Shown here: positions 13,211 through 26,273 of the stretch, one piece after another
Layout of the letters: each line of letters opens with the position of its first letter
Numbering within the stretch: position 1 is the stretch's first letter
Position numbers and translations under genes: made by a program
Notes under the pieces: model-generated
Databases searched by the model: none
The model's input: only the letters and a program-made list of their open reading frames with translations
Told to the model about the DNA's origin: nothing
NCBI GenBank assembly: GCA_002104905.1
Contig: MCFE01000340.1
Location: forward strand, 27,854-91,853
Length of the DNA: 64,000 nucleotides
Direction: 5' to 3'
From: Basidiobolus meristosporus CBS 931.73
Lineage: Eukaryota; Fungi; Basidiobolomycota

Positions 13211-15192
13211 ATGTTAGCCATGTTGTTACCGAGGTGTACGGCTTCTTTATGGAGCCGACCACCACTCCGCTGGAGGCTCCTGTGCGACAAATCCTACGTC
13301 CTCTCTCGCCCATTCCTGGTACCTTCTCAATCTCACCCTAGGAGCCACCCCCCGATACGTTTGTATACGACCTCGCCTCCGGCAGATGTCTCTCTTCAAA
13401 GCTCTATTGAAGAGCCCAATCCCGGCGACAGCGAGCTAAAGGGCGAAACTTGGGGGGAGAAGGCAGTTGGAATCACCGAGTTTCTCCGAGTTCCTACCAC
13501 CAGCATTTCAGGAATCATCAAGCACCGGTATTCGGATTTCGTGGTCAACGAGATAGACTTGAGTGGAAGGCCTGTACACCTCTCCGATTTCTCCCTACCC
13601 AAGACAACTCCTTTGACACCGTCAGAAGTAGTTTCGCTTGAGGAGAGTGTCTGTGCACTGTTGGACCTGATCCACGACCCCGCTGTAGTCCGGGAAATCC
13701 AACGTCTCTTTGACACTAGGGGAGAGGAGCCTACTGCGGTGTACATCGACGGTATAGGTGGCAAAGCAGCACGACAAAGAATCCATCAATTTTTCAAGAG
13801 CGCCTTCGAACGTAAGCTGACCACGGACACCGTCGACGGCAGAGTCAAGGTCGAGTACGTCTCGGATAGGCCGAAGCCCAGGGACCGGTGGCATTGGCGG
13901 AAAAGCAAACCGTGGGACATTGCCGAAGGAGAGTTCTGCCAATTCGTGGTGCGCAAAGAAAACAGAGACACCGCTGACGTCGTCGGCGATATTGCCCGAA
14001 TGACCAAACTCAGTCCCAAAGTCTTCTCTTACGCGGGAACCAAGGACAGACGTGGGATCACTACCCAGTTGGTGACCGGGCATCATGTCAAGGCCGAGAG
14101 GCTCCTGGGATTAAACAAATCGATGCGGGGAGTTCAGGTGGGGGGATTCAAGTACACCCCCGACAAGATAGACCTGGGTGACCTAAGCGGGAACCGGTTC
14201 GTCATCACCATCAGAGAGCTGGAGGCAGAGTCGATGGAGATGGTCGACCGTGAATTGACTGCTCTAAGGGATAGAGGGTTCATCAACTATTTTGGTATGC
14301 AAAGGTTCGGTGCCCGCGCGGTGCCCACCCATGTCGTCGGCAAGCATTTGTTGCTGGGGAATTGGGAAAAGGCTGTCGATTTGATTCTCATGCCGCGTGA
14401 AGGCGAGACAGGCACCATCGCGGAAGCCCGACAGCAGTGGGCCAGCACGCGGGACCCGAGCCTAGTCGTCAGCCTCTTCCCTAAGCGATGTGTTGCTGAG
14501 GTCAAGGTGCTATCAACACTGGCCCAGAATGGACGGCGGCGGGATTTTTTGGGGGCCATAAGCACGATCCCTCGCAACCTTAGGTTGATGTACGTTCATG
14601 CCTACCAGTCGTTCATCTGGAACCAGATGGTTTCGCAACGCATCCGCATGTATGGTTCCGATAAGCCAGTCGCAGGAGATCTTGTGCTTGCTGAACGTCC
14701 CCTAGAGAAGGGTGGTGGCTGTGTGAAGGCTTTGACCTCCGCCGACTTGTCCCAGTATTCAATCTATGACATAGTAATGCCGTTGCCCGGATTCGACGTG
14801 GAGTATCCGGAAAATGAGATCGGTAAGAGATATCTTGAGCGACTAGGCAAGGATGGGCTGGATCCCAGAGGAATGCATAGGAGTGTCAAGTAAGTCGGAT
14901 GTGCACGCAGGCTTCCAATCGCATGCGCTAATCACTTCAATCAAGGGAATTCTCGTTGCCCGGGTCCTATCGGCCATGTGTGGTTAAGCCCATGGATACA
15001 ACCTGGGAGCTGTTAGGTTACTCCGACCCTGATGAAGATCTCCCTGCTGTTGACCATCAAGAATCAATGCAAACTCCTCCCTCCCTTAATGGCTCTTACC
15101 AAGCCCTTAGACTTTCGTTCTCTCTTGGCCCTAGTCAATATGCTACTATGGCCTTACGAGAGTTCATGAAGCTGAAAACACCTAGCGAATAA
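13211..15192 (+). CDS. PUS7: TruD-family pseudouridine synthase (Pus7)
   Basis: Motifs 'GIIKHRYSDFVVNEI', 'YAGTKDRRGITTQ', 'GNRFVITIR', 'FINYFGMQRFG', 'MYVHAYQSFIWN', 'LPGSYR' and 'YATMALREFMK'. One intron, 14890-14945. Confidence 0.95.
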
Positions 15193-16029
15193 TATTGGAT
15201 CTTCTTGATACACAATTCGTTGTTAAACTACATGGACGATTGCGCTTGCCTTGCAGGGATGGGATGTTCATCAACACTTTTTGGGTTCTGAGTATGTATC
15301 TTATCAATGAGGTCTGCATCACTACAGTTCAATATGGTTGAGGGGTATTGATGCCATGAGGATGCCATACAAAACCGCACTCTACCAGTAACTCCATTAA
15401 ACTCCACCATTCAATAAGCGTTTCTGCCCTAATGCCCTTCACTCTGTTGTGGGAGTCTTGGAGATTTTGGAAGCGAATGGAAAACAAGCATACTGTGTGA
15501 TTGTCACTTGGTAATTTATTGAATGTAGAAGTGGTATTTATACTTTTAGACAGTCTAGGCACACTAAACGCTTAGAATCTGCTTAGGATGGTCCTAAGAG
15601 TATTTGTGCCAAGTTTGAGGCTCTTTGGACCACTTTGAGATTTTTCATGTCCAAATGTTGTGAGAATATACCTGCAAGCATTTCATCAGTAAGATTGTAA
15701 GATAGCATGGCTAAGTTACTCTCAATAGCTTCTCAGAGGGAATGATTCATGAAATCTGCATTCCCAGTTCTAGCATATAAATATGCACACCTATTCAATT
15801 TTGTACGTACTTGATTATCTTCAAATACAGTGGAATTAAGCTTGGGTCTTCAAAGAGCTTTCTTGGCTCTTTTTTTGTTCCATGAGTTTGCTACTTGAGA
15901 TTAAGATAGGTTTATCCTATTATATTATATTACTTTTGCTTTTATCCCAAGAGATGCTGACTACTATCCTATCAGTATACTCAAAGCTGATATCAACAAA
16001 TGCATGAGCATTATCCTTTATTCAAATCA

Positions 16030-17520
16030 GCAAATGAATTTTGGGCCAGCATTAATATGCTGAGGAAGCTTCTAAAGAATAACAGAAACTATCAGAGGCA
16101 GAAAAACATGGGTGCCATGACTAAAAACCAGCCACTTCCTGAAGAGCCTGCTATAAGCAGGGTCAAAAGCCCTAAACAAGCAGCAGAGAAATGTCAGGTA
16201 GCTGGAAGAGTGCAGCTAAGGAACAAACAGGCAGAAACAGATGCACCAGTGCAATATTTAGCAAGCAAAAAGCATAGGTCCATTCAAGAAGCACTCAGTC
16301 AAAGTAGTAGTGTAGAACCTGGCAGTGCTAAAACCAACAGTTTCCTCAGGAGCCCATCACCCCATGGCTGAAAGCTCTAAGAAAGTGGCAAAGATATGTC
16401 AGGTTGCCAAAATAGTGGCAGCAAGGGATAAGCAGGCAGAAAAAGATATAGCAGCACAGCATTTATCTAGGAAAAAATGTAGTTCAATACAAGAAGGACT
16501 CAGATAAAGCAGCAATGAAAGACCTGGCAGTGATAAAGGAAAATCTGAAGGGCAAAAAGTCTACCCAAGCCTGAGACAGGTAAGTGTGGAAAAAAAGCTG
16601 CAGTTCTTACCAATTAATGCTATAAGCCCAGAACAAGCTGAATCTAATCATAGCCAAGCAGAGTTCCCAGGAAGACAACAGCTGCTTTCTCAAGAGTTGG
16701 AAGCACAGCCTGTTAAGCTACACTCCAGTGAGGTAGAGGAGTTTGCAGTGAAAGCCACCTTGTCTACCATAGCCTCCATATCCTCCATTGTAGACAGAGT
16801 GGAGATCTCACTGACAGCCAAAGCAACAATGTCAAGAACTCAGCAGACTATCACAATGCCTACAGTGAAATATTGGGCCAATAACAGGTACAGCAAAATG
16901 TTGCAGCACTAGTTTGAGAGCAGTGCTCATGAGAATGCACTTGAATATTGCAAGGATTTATTGCCAAGACTGGCAGATGAGGTGCTAGACCTTTTGGTGC
17001 TTACTGAAGACCTTAATGTATGGGAACCAGTGAATGGACAATGGCATAAAGCATTAGGGCTCCTGCCAAAGACATTAGAAATGGGCATTACAGCAGAACT
17101 ACTTATTGAATGGTTGATTTTAATGAAGTTATTATTGAGTGTAAGGCTGGGCTTAATGTCAGTGTTGGGTATAGGAGCTTGTATAGGCCTGCAAAACTGG
17201 CAAATAAGTTACAACTGAAGTTTCAACAGAAATAAACCAATTTGTTTGCATAAAAAGTAAGATTATTGTTTGAGTCAGGAAGTAGGGAGAGTGAAATAGA
17301 GGCAATAGCCAATCAATATGCACTGATGTAGCAGGTGATTGAGTGTCCAGGGTCAGAAAGTAACAGAATTGGCAGAGAACCAATTAAAAGCCACTTATGT
17401 ATTGTAATATTGAAAACTTTTGACCAAGTTTCTTGTAAAATCTGGGGTACAGTTTGTCTTAATAGTCTTTCATGGTGTCCCCATGGCATCAATACCACTT
17501 GATCATGGGATTTAAACTCT
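16030..17520. repeat. Degenerate dispersed repeat X, copy 1 (probably a retrotransposon remnant)
   Basis: Shares long blocks with 27876-29460 and 30810-32390, e.g. AACTATCA(G/A)AGGCAGAA and GACTGGCAGATGAG...AGACCTT. No intact ORF; strongly CpG-depleted. Boundaries approximate. Confidence 0.7.
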
Positions 17521-17770
17521 GTGCTGGCCTTTTGAAGGGATTATCACAATCATTTTCACAGGGACTCTATATGAGACTCATGAAAGGTGAAGTATGGTTT
17601 ATTGTACTTTACATACCAAGCAAGATGAAGTAGAGAACTGAGAATAGATATAGTAGCAACAGAGATCTATATGTTCAGCTTTATGCTAACAGTCAAGCTG
17701 CTTGAATCCTAGCAAAAATTCCTGGCACAAAAGCTTCAAGTGTGCTATATTAGAATTGGTGATACACTAC

Positions 17771-20700
17771 TGTTATGAATAGACACAAGGCAGGAGGAAA
17801 AGCTAGGCACGGCAGGAAAGGACTTAGGTGTGGACCATCAAGGCAAGGCAGGATTCAAGGCAAGGCTTTTTATTCAAGACCTGTGTTTATCAGACTGAGG
17901 AATACTTAAGGGAGGATAGGACTATATATACCTTTTGGTTATACTGATGCCAAGAGATATTGGCTAATACTAATGGGGTTGTGGGGTGAGGCACAGCAAT
18001 GGTGCTGGGGAAAATGACATAGATGACACGGCACTGAGACAGGATGGGGAAGTGGATTAGGTCACCTGATCATGTGACTAAGTCATGTGACATGGTATTT
18101 CCATATATAGTACTGGACTATGAAAAATATGATGGGAAGCTTCCATGGAATGTTCCATTGTGTAACAGTGGTTTGGAAGGGTCAGGAACTTTCTGGAAGG
18201 TAGTAGAAGGTTCCAGAAGGAATCTCTTAGAAATTGAGCTAGGAAGCTGAAACTTGGCATGGGTGTTCATGGTTGTCATGTGATCATGACACTATTCTCC
18301 TTTTCCAGGCAAAGCTCTGTTTCCCTTTGGGGCAGGTTTTGCAGGATATTGCTGGTGGAACCAGGTAACTAGTTCTTGACAATTAGTGAGATGGGTAGCT
18401 GGTTCCCATGTTTGGTCACTTGGACCATAACCAATCCAGTCTACTAAGTAGTACAGCTTTGACCGGATATACTTGGAGTCTAGAATCTGTTTAACTTCAA
18501 ATTCTTGATGTTGGTCAACCTGGATGGCTTGGGGCTTTGCTTCTTGCCAGTTTGGCAATGTGTTCCTACAATACGGCTCCAGGAGGGACACATGGAAAGT
18601 ATCATGGATTTTCATATTTGCTGGTAACTGTAGCTGATATACTATAGAGCTAAGCTTCTTCTTGATCTTGAAGGGACCAAGTTTCTTGAAATCCAACTTG
18701 TCACAAGGGCGGTTGGTGCTGATGTTTCTTCTGAGCAACCATACGGAATCTCCTTCATTAAGATCAGGGCTGGGATACCGTTTTAGATTGGCAAATTTCT
18801 TGTAGCTTTCCTGAGCTAAGGATAGCACTTCCTTCAGGGTGTTCTGGATGTCCTAGAATGCTTTGGCATGTTCAGCCGCATGTGGGCTCATTGGGTTTGT
18901 TGGAATATGGATATCAAACTGAGGGTGGAATCCATAGTTTGCATAGAATGATGTGAAACCGGTATGGTGGTGTATAGGTCCAAGGGAGAGATACGTCCAA
19001 CACTTCTCAAGTGTTTTGTGTGTGGGGTGTTCACTGGGTGCAATAACCTCTGGCAAAAGCTTGCTAGGAATACTTGGGTTCTGTTTCTAATCTAATGTGA
19101 AGGGGAATAAAGCCACAAGCTTGTCAAGGGAAAACTATTGAGCTACAATCCCCAACTTAGTTGGTGTCTTAACAAAAGTATGTGCTGGGTTCAGCGTCCT
19201 TTGAGATGACAATGTACTAAAGCTTCCAAAGTCAAAACAACTGTAAACTCCACCAGCAGGGACTTGATAAGAATGCAGCTTTGGTCAATAGTTACAAAAA
19301 CAGAAAAGTATCTTTGCCTGTACAAGAACAAACTTGGGAAAACAAACAAATATAATAAAAGATACCTACTCTGAGTATTCCTCACAAGTAGTGCCTCCAA
19401 GGTCAGTTGGCTGTCAGCGCGGTTTCCTGGGAGTGTCCTGTGGTCTAGGGTTGGAAATTCAGGTAGCAGCAGGTAGCAGTGATCACACTAATCAACAAGT
19501 CGGTATATTGATAAAAGGGATGATGATTTATAGTTGAGGGATAGCCTCCCTTATATACTTTTTTTCACTGGCTAAGCAATTACTAATCATGGTGTTCCAG
19601 AAGGTTCCGGAGATCAATCAAAATCTTAATGACATCAGAATGACCTAAGAATGTTCTAAGTAGGTGCCGGAAGGTTCTAAGAGGCATAGCACATCCAACC
19701 AATCAGGAATCAGTATTCTGAAACCTGTGTAACATGGGGATACCATATATGGTATGGAAATGATAGGGATGGTGACACAGGCTGATCATGTGTCACAGGT
19801 ACTGGCGCAGGTACTTGCCTAATATAGAAGTACTTATAGCTAGTAATCTCACATAAAGTGAGGGGTAACTTATGCAATAAGGTAAGCAGGTGTGATAGTC
19901 AACTGGCTTATGGGATAGGACTGATTGGGTAAGACAAATGGGATAAAACTAAAATAAGTGTAGTAGAGATATAGGGAAGTAGAAAATAAGGGAATGAGCA
20001 CATCTGTCAGTGGGTGTCACTGTCACCCCACTACACCGGTTGCACTATGGCTTGAGTTGTTGTAGGCAAACTCAGCAACAGGGAGTAGATCAACCCAATT
20101 GTCTTGCTGGTAATTGATATAGCACCGGAGGTATTGCTCTAGAATCTGGTTGATTCTTTCAGTCTGGCCATCAGACTGTGGATGGAAGGCAGTAGAGAGC
20201 TTGACTTGAACACCAAGGTATTGCATGAAGTGTTTCCAAAACTTGGACACAAACTGTGGGCCTCTATCTGACACAATATCACTGGGGATACCATGAAGGC
20301 GGAAAATATTCTTGAGGACTAACACAGCAGTTTCTTTTGCATCAGTGTTCTTTCAGCAAGGGATAAAGTGAGCCATCTTGGTCAGCCGGTCAGCCACTAC
20401 AAGTAGAGCATTGAAGCCACATGACTCAGGGAGGTCAGTAATGAAGTCCATAGATATAGATCTCCATTGGTGTTCTGGGATAGGCAGGGGCTGAAGAAGT
20501 CCATAGGGCTGGTGTCTGGCTGGTTTTGCACAGTTGCAAATATCACAAGTAAGAATGTACTCTTTGATAAGAGTTATCATTCTAGGCCACCAGAAATCTC
20601 TTTTGATAGCATTCAAGGTTTTGGCAGAACCAAAGTGACCTGCAGCCATTGAATCATGCCAAGACTTAATGATGTCTAGCTGGGTGGCAAGGTCTGGGAC

Positions 20701-21100
20701 ATAAAGCTGCTGCTTGTGGTAGATGAGGTTGTTTACCAAATGCAGGTTCTGGATGTTTGGGAACTTGGGAGGGGGCCCAACTGGGGATTCCAGATATTTC
20801 TTGACGGTGCTGGAAGTCATATCAGAGGCTTGGGATTTGGATATCCTTACTAGGAATGAAGGGATGACAAGACTTGAGGACTGGGTGGCAAGAACCTCAA
20901 AATGTTTCTTGCTCAGCAATGGGTGTTCCATTTGCCAACAGGCATCATCTCCCTCTTCCAGGGCATATTCCTTTTTTCTGCACAGGGCATCAGGCTTTCC
21001 TTGCTTTGCACCAGGTCTATAGGTGATAGTAAAGTCAAAGCTGGACAGGAAGAGTGACCATCTGGCTTGTCTCCGGTTTAGTACTTTGGAAGTTGCAAAG
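17771..21100 (-). mobile_element. Old Ty3/gypsy chromovirus, 3' half (RNase H end, integrase, chromodomain, 3' LTR)
   Basis: RNase H end 'FATSKVLNRRQARW', H2C2 'HDSMAAGH...CDIC', core 'SMDFITDLP...SDRGPQF...QTERINQILEQYLR', 'KLGPF', chromodomain 'FEVKQILDS...YLVDWIGYGPSDQTWEP'. A purine tract is followed by an LTR TGTCATG...CATAACA at 18291-17771. Confidence 0.9.
18963..20035 (-). mobile_element. Solo-LTR-like insertion inside the chromovirus integrase, 4-bp TSD CCGG
   Basis: Ends TGTAGTGG...CCACCATA (imperfect inverted repeat). CCGG lies at 18959-18962 and 20036-20039. Removing the insert restores the integrase peptide 'HSATGFTSFYANYGFHP'. Confidence 0.75.
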
Positions 21101-21490
21101 TGTGAGTACTCAATGTAGTACCCACTCTTTGCCCAAGAGTTCTCCCAAGAGTTCCCTCCAGAGTCCTACCCGAAGTCCTCCAGTACCCTCCCTATGATTC
21201 CCCCACGCGTCCTCCCCTCCTATCCCTGCCCTTATCTAGTTAGAACACTTACCATAACAGGAAGGTGTTCACACCCCTATTTTATAACACATTGTCTATT
21301 GTCTAAGCCCCCCAAGTGATATATATATCTACCCAATTGAACCAGGAAGAACAACGAGATTTGGACAAAATAAACAGAAGTCTTTATTACCTTGCTACCT
21401 TCTATCGGAAGCTATTCTGAACCAAGTGGTACTGACTTGACCTACAAGCTCTCCCACTCACCAAGTACAGTCAGTAATAACCCACATATT

Positions 21491-21503
21491 TGGTGCCGTC
21501 TCT
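21491..21503 (+). promoter_or_regulatory. Primer-binding site, probably tRNA-His
   Basis: TGGTGCCGTCTCT lies 4 nt after the 5' LTR. It is complementary to a 3' ...AGAGACGGCACCA end typical of tRNA-His acceptor stems. Confidence 0.6.
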
Positions 21504-21527
21504 GCGGAAATAAGCACAAGTGAGGTA

Positions 21528-22400
21528 ATGACTACTACAATCAAACTAAAAACATACAAGGGAAAGAGAGAGAAAGCCCTTGAGTGGTTTGATAAGTTTG
21601 AGAGAGTTGCGGTTGATGCAGGATGGGACGACGATAAGAAAGTAAGAGAGTTCGCAAGACATATGGAAGGGTCAGCATGGCGATGGCATTATGGGTTGGA
21701 AGACGCAGTCAAAGACGACTGGGATGCACTAGAAGAAGCCTACAAGACACGCTTTCTATATGCCGAAGGATACCACTACGAAGCCCTTCTACTGTCCTCG
21801 CGGAAGAAAAGCAGTGAAAGCTATGAAGCCTACACTGAACTGTTTCTCCAACGAGTTTGATGTCTCCCAAAGGACAAAATCGCCAAACGACAGCTCATGA
21901 GGTATTACATCATGGGCTTAGACGACGAAATAAGACGTAGGGCGTCCGAAGAACAACAGGGATGTAAAACGTTGCAAGAGTTGGTCGAACAAGTACGAGG
22001 GGTCATCTTGCTATGGGGGCTACCCTATAGTGATACGAATGATTGAAGGACAGGTATCCCCCGTAAGAAAGGAAAAATTGCCTCCCCGAAAGACCGTCAG
22101 TTAGAGGAATTACGGCGAAAGGTCCAAGAACTCTCAATCAACAATGTCCAAGAAGTCCCCAAAGAAGGTGATAAACTCTGGGAAGCTGTCGTAGATCTAA
22201 AGGCCCAGGTTCAAGTCCTGACCCAACAGATGGAACAACCGCGACGACAGTATCCGTGTTATGTGTGTGGAGAAGTAGGTCACCGGGCCCATGAATGTGA
22301 AAAACGGTACGGAAGAGAAGCCGTACCGGACACAAAAGAGAAGAAGGCGTCAAAAGACAGAGTCCCTCGCCAGGAGGCCAACGGGACTCAGTCAATCTAA
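21528..22400 (+). pseudogene. Ty3 gag with two in-frame TGA stops
   Basis: Capsid-like 'ALEWFDKFERVA...HMEGSAWRW' and a CCHC knuckle. Premature stops lie at about 21858 and 22045, and the frame ends at TAA 22398-22400. Confidence 0.85.
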
Positions 22401-22423
22401 GCCCTCCGGTCAGGACAATCGAA

Positions 22424-25400
22424 GTGCGGAAGAAGAAGCATCGACATGATGCTTCTAGAGAGGAGGCAAAGGAACCTGTAGTAGAGGTTCTGTCAAAAGG
22501 AAAGAGCGCGGAATTAGGTGAAGAAGTACGGAATGAACCTTGGGAAGAAGTATTAAAGCGAACAAAGAACGCTAGCACATCTTCCCATGGCCTATTCCCC
22601 ATAATGAAGGTACTAGAGCAAACCAAGGCAACCCTCCCAATAACCAATTTACTAGGACTGGCCCCGGCTCTAGTCAAGGAACGGATAGAGGGATTGAAGG
22701 AGATAACAACCCTCCATGTCAACCAGACGGTCCTGCAAAAACCAAATAAAGGTACATACGTAAAGGTACGTATAGAGAATAAGGAGATTCTCGCCCTTAT
22801 TGACACAGGATCCTCTACGTTGATCATGTCAGAGTCATTAGCAAAACGTCTAAAACTAAATATAGTCCCCAACGACACCATTTGAGTACGGCTAGCAAAT
22901 GACCAACTGGATACAACGGTAGGTGTGGTGCCTAATTGCCCCATTTGGCTAGGTAACTTGATAATACGCCAAGATGTTGTGGTCCTACCCGTCGCAGCCA
23001 ACAACTTACTCATTGGCAAGAGTTGGTTTATCCAACATAAGATGGATATACTTTACAGTGCATCTGAACTCAGGTGGGATACCGAGAGTATCCCACTGAT
23101 TCATATCACCGATGAGAGCGAGGCGCGTAGCAACAGTGTGACAATCGAAGAGGTGGAACCGTTGCAGTCTCCGATCATCACACAAAAGGTGATAAAAATA
23201 CCACCCGCCAGTGAGACGGTGATCTCATTAGAAACACCAATAGCTTATTCAACGAGCGGAAGAATGATAACCGCAGCAAAAGCATCCGAGCAACTGGAAG
23301 GAATCTCAATCCCTAAAGTATGGATACCACCGAAATTTGAAACGCAAAGCCTGAAATGCTTAGTGGTTAACAACGGGCAACACACGGTGACATTGCCTAG
23401 AGGAGTGCCATTGTTAAACTTAGAGGAAGTCGACGGAAACGACCAAGGACCACCTTCAAACGAAGAACCAGAAGAAGAACTCCCCAAACTAGATGTGGAC
23501 CCCGGTCTACCGCCTACGTTACGAGACAAATTCCTAGAAGGAATACATCCGCTTGCCCGAGTATTCTCTAAGAACCAAGTAATTGGTCATATACCTGGGG
23601 TATATCACCAAATCCACCTTGCCGACAAATACCCCATCAAGCAAAAAGCCTATAGGAATTCGAAAATTGACACAGACTATATCAAAGAGACGATTGAAAC
23701 TTTATTAAAAGACGACATCATTACAGAGAGCCAGTCTCTGTGGGCCTCCCGCGTAGTGATAGTCCCAAAGAAAGACGGAAAGCAACGCTTTTGCATCGAC
23801 TACCGGAAATTGAACGCCGTCACCCGGAAGGACGTGTATCCGCTACCGCAAATAGACGACCTCTTGGACAGATTAATCGGAGCTAAATATTTTAGCTCTC
23901 TTGACTTAATCTCCGGGTATTGGCAAGTAGAAGTAGCCCCGGAAGATCGACCCAAAACCGCTTTTATAACATTGTTTGGATTATACGAATGGAACCGACT
24001 ACCCTTTGGCTTGTGCAATGCCCCCGCTACATTCCAAAGGATGATCAACAAGGTGCTAGGAAATCTACGATGGGAATGCGCTCTTGTGTATCTGGACGAC
24101 ATCACGATATATTCACCCAATGTAGAAGAACATATACACGACGTGCAACGTATCCTGACAGCCCTCCTCAAGAACCAACTCAAACTACATCCCAAGAAGT
24201 GCCATTTCCTGTATACAAAATTGTTGTTCCTGGGCCACGAGATCTCGGCAGATGGAATATACCCATCTACGTCACTCCTGAAAGCCGTTCAAAATGCACC
24301 TGCACCAAAGGACATTAATGCAGTGTTGGGATTCCTAGGATTAGCCGGCTACTATCACCGCTTTGTCAAAAACTTTGCGACGATAGCAGCCCCCCTATAC
24401 GAATTGACGCAAAAGGGCCAGTGTTTTGTATGGTCGGAGCCTCAAAAGAGAGCATTCGATCAGCTGAAACATTCCCTGACGTCACCGCCAGTGTTACGAT
24501 TTCCCAATTGGGATACGAGATTTTTTATTAACTGTGATGGAAGCCTCACCGGTATAGGCGCCGTACTGGGACAATACCACCAACCCGGCAAATTCCACCC
24601 GATTGGTTACGTGAGCTGTTTGCTAAACAAACACAAACGCCACTACCCCGTTACCGAGATAGAATGTCTGGCTGTTGTTTATTCAATTAAACAATTCCAT
24701 ACATACATACATGGTCGCCAATTCACGATAGTAACGGACCACAGCGCACTGGTCTGGCTGATGAAAACTAAAGACTTTACTGGCCAATTAGCACGTTGGG
24801 CCCTACGACTACAGCAATACGACTTTGAAATAATTCACTGCGCTGGCAAGAAACACCAGGACGCAGACTTCCTCAGTCGCTATCCCGTTTGCCAAATACG
24901 TGTCAGTGATGAGTACGAGGACGTAATCTGCTTTAAAAAGAAAGGGAGGTATCCCGAACACGTTGTTACAAACAAACAGAAGAGAGAATTTCAAAGGAAA
25001 TGGTGTCAGTACAAAGTACAAGAAAATCGACTATGGTTCCTCCAAGGACAGTCCAGAGCCGAGGTACCCCCACTAGCAGCCCGTGAAGAAATCATACGAG
25101 AAAGACATATGTCATTAGGACACGCTAACCCCCTAACGACCTATAAGATGTTAAGAAAAACGTTTTATTGGCAAAAAATGATGACCAACGTTACGAATAC
25201 GTTACGAAGATGCACCACTTGCGAAAGATTCAACCAGAGTCAGAAGATAGGGACAACCGCACCAATACCGGTTGACCTGCCCTTCCACCAAGTAGGGATT
25301 GACTTTGTTGGCCCCTTTATGAAAACAAAGAAAGGAGAACGATACATAATAATTGCTACAGATTATTTCTCAAAGTGGGTAGAAGCCCAAGCCGTCCGCA

Positions 25401-26144
25401 ATAAAGATCAGAAGACAACCGCCCGATTCATTCTAGAACACCTCATCTGCCGACACGGATATCCTCAGATACTCCTGTCCAACAATGGTGGTTCCTTCCT
25501 GAACAGACACCGTGGCCCACCTGTGCAAAATGATGGGCGTGAAACAAGTCTTCACGGCCGCGTATCACCCCCAGACTAACGGATTAACCGAGAGGATGAA
25601 CCAGACGTGTTGCCGCATACTGGAGAAGCTTCACTGGGAACTTCCCCAATCATGGGCCAAGCTGCTCCCACTGACACTCCTAGCAATGCGCACCACACCA
25701 AATAAAACGACGGGTTTCTCCCCATATGAAATCCTATATGGACGAAGACCCAAGTGGCAGGAGGAAGCTGGATTAACGATGGAAGGTGTCCCCCTGACGA
25801 CACATAACGACTATATAGAAAGGTTGATACACCGTATCGCCCACCTATACATAAAAGTATTCGAAAATGTCGACAAGCACCTTCCCCCTCCACCCAAAAA
25901 TGAGAAACTAACGAGACAAAAGTGGAAACCAGGCGATAAGGTGTGGTACAACCAAACCGTTGCAGGCCTCAAGTTCCGCCCACGATTTACACCCCAATGG
26001 ATTGGCCCATGCACCGTTATCAGTTCGGACCACGGACCAAAGTACACCATCACCCTGAATAATAAGACAATCAGCAACGTAGCGCCAGCCCATCTGAAAC
26101 CGTTTCATGATGATCCACCAATCATCACTGAGACCAAAGTGTGA
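22424..26144 (+). pseudogene. Ty3 pol (PR-RT-RH-INT) with one premature TGA and one frameshift
   Basis: ORFs 22424-22885, 22925-25579 and 25512-26144 are colinear pieces of one pol. The stop falls in 'I*VRLAN' and the frameshift near 25505 is in the integrase core. Confidence 0.9.
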
Positions 26145-26273
26145 TTAAACGATTATCAGGACAAGGATAGAGGAAGACACGGGATACATTCGAAGTTTAT
26201 TAGAGGAGATTTTAGTCGATATAGGTACAAATAATATGCGCAAGGGAGTTCGCCCAAAGGGGAGAACAAAAGA

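Noticed and set aside
22138-23019. 293-aa minus-strand ORF in the Ty3 as an antisense gene
   Set aside because: It is the shadow of the gag/protease frames and has no independent features.
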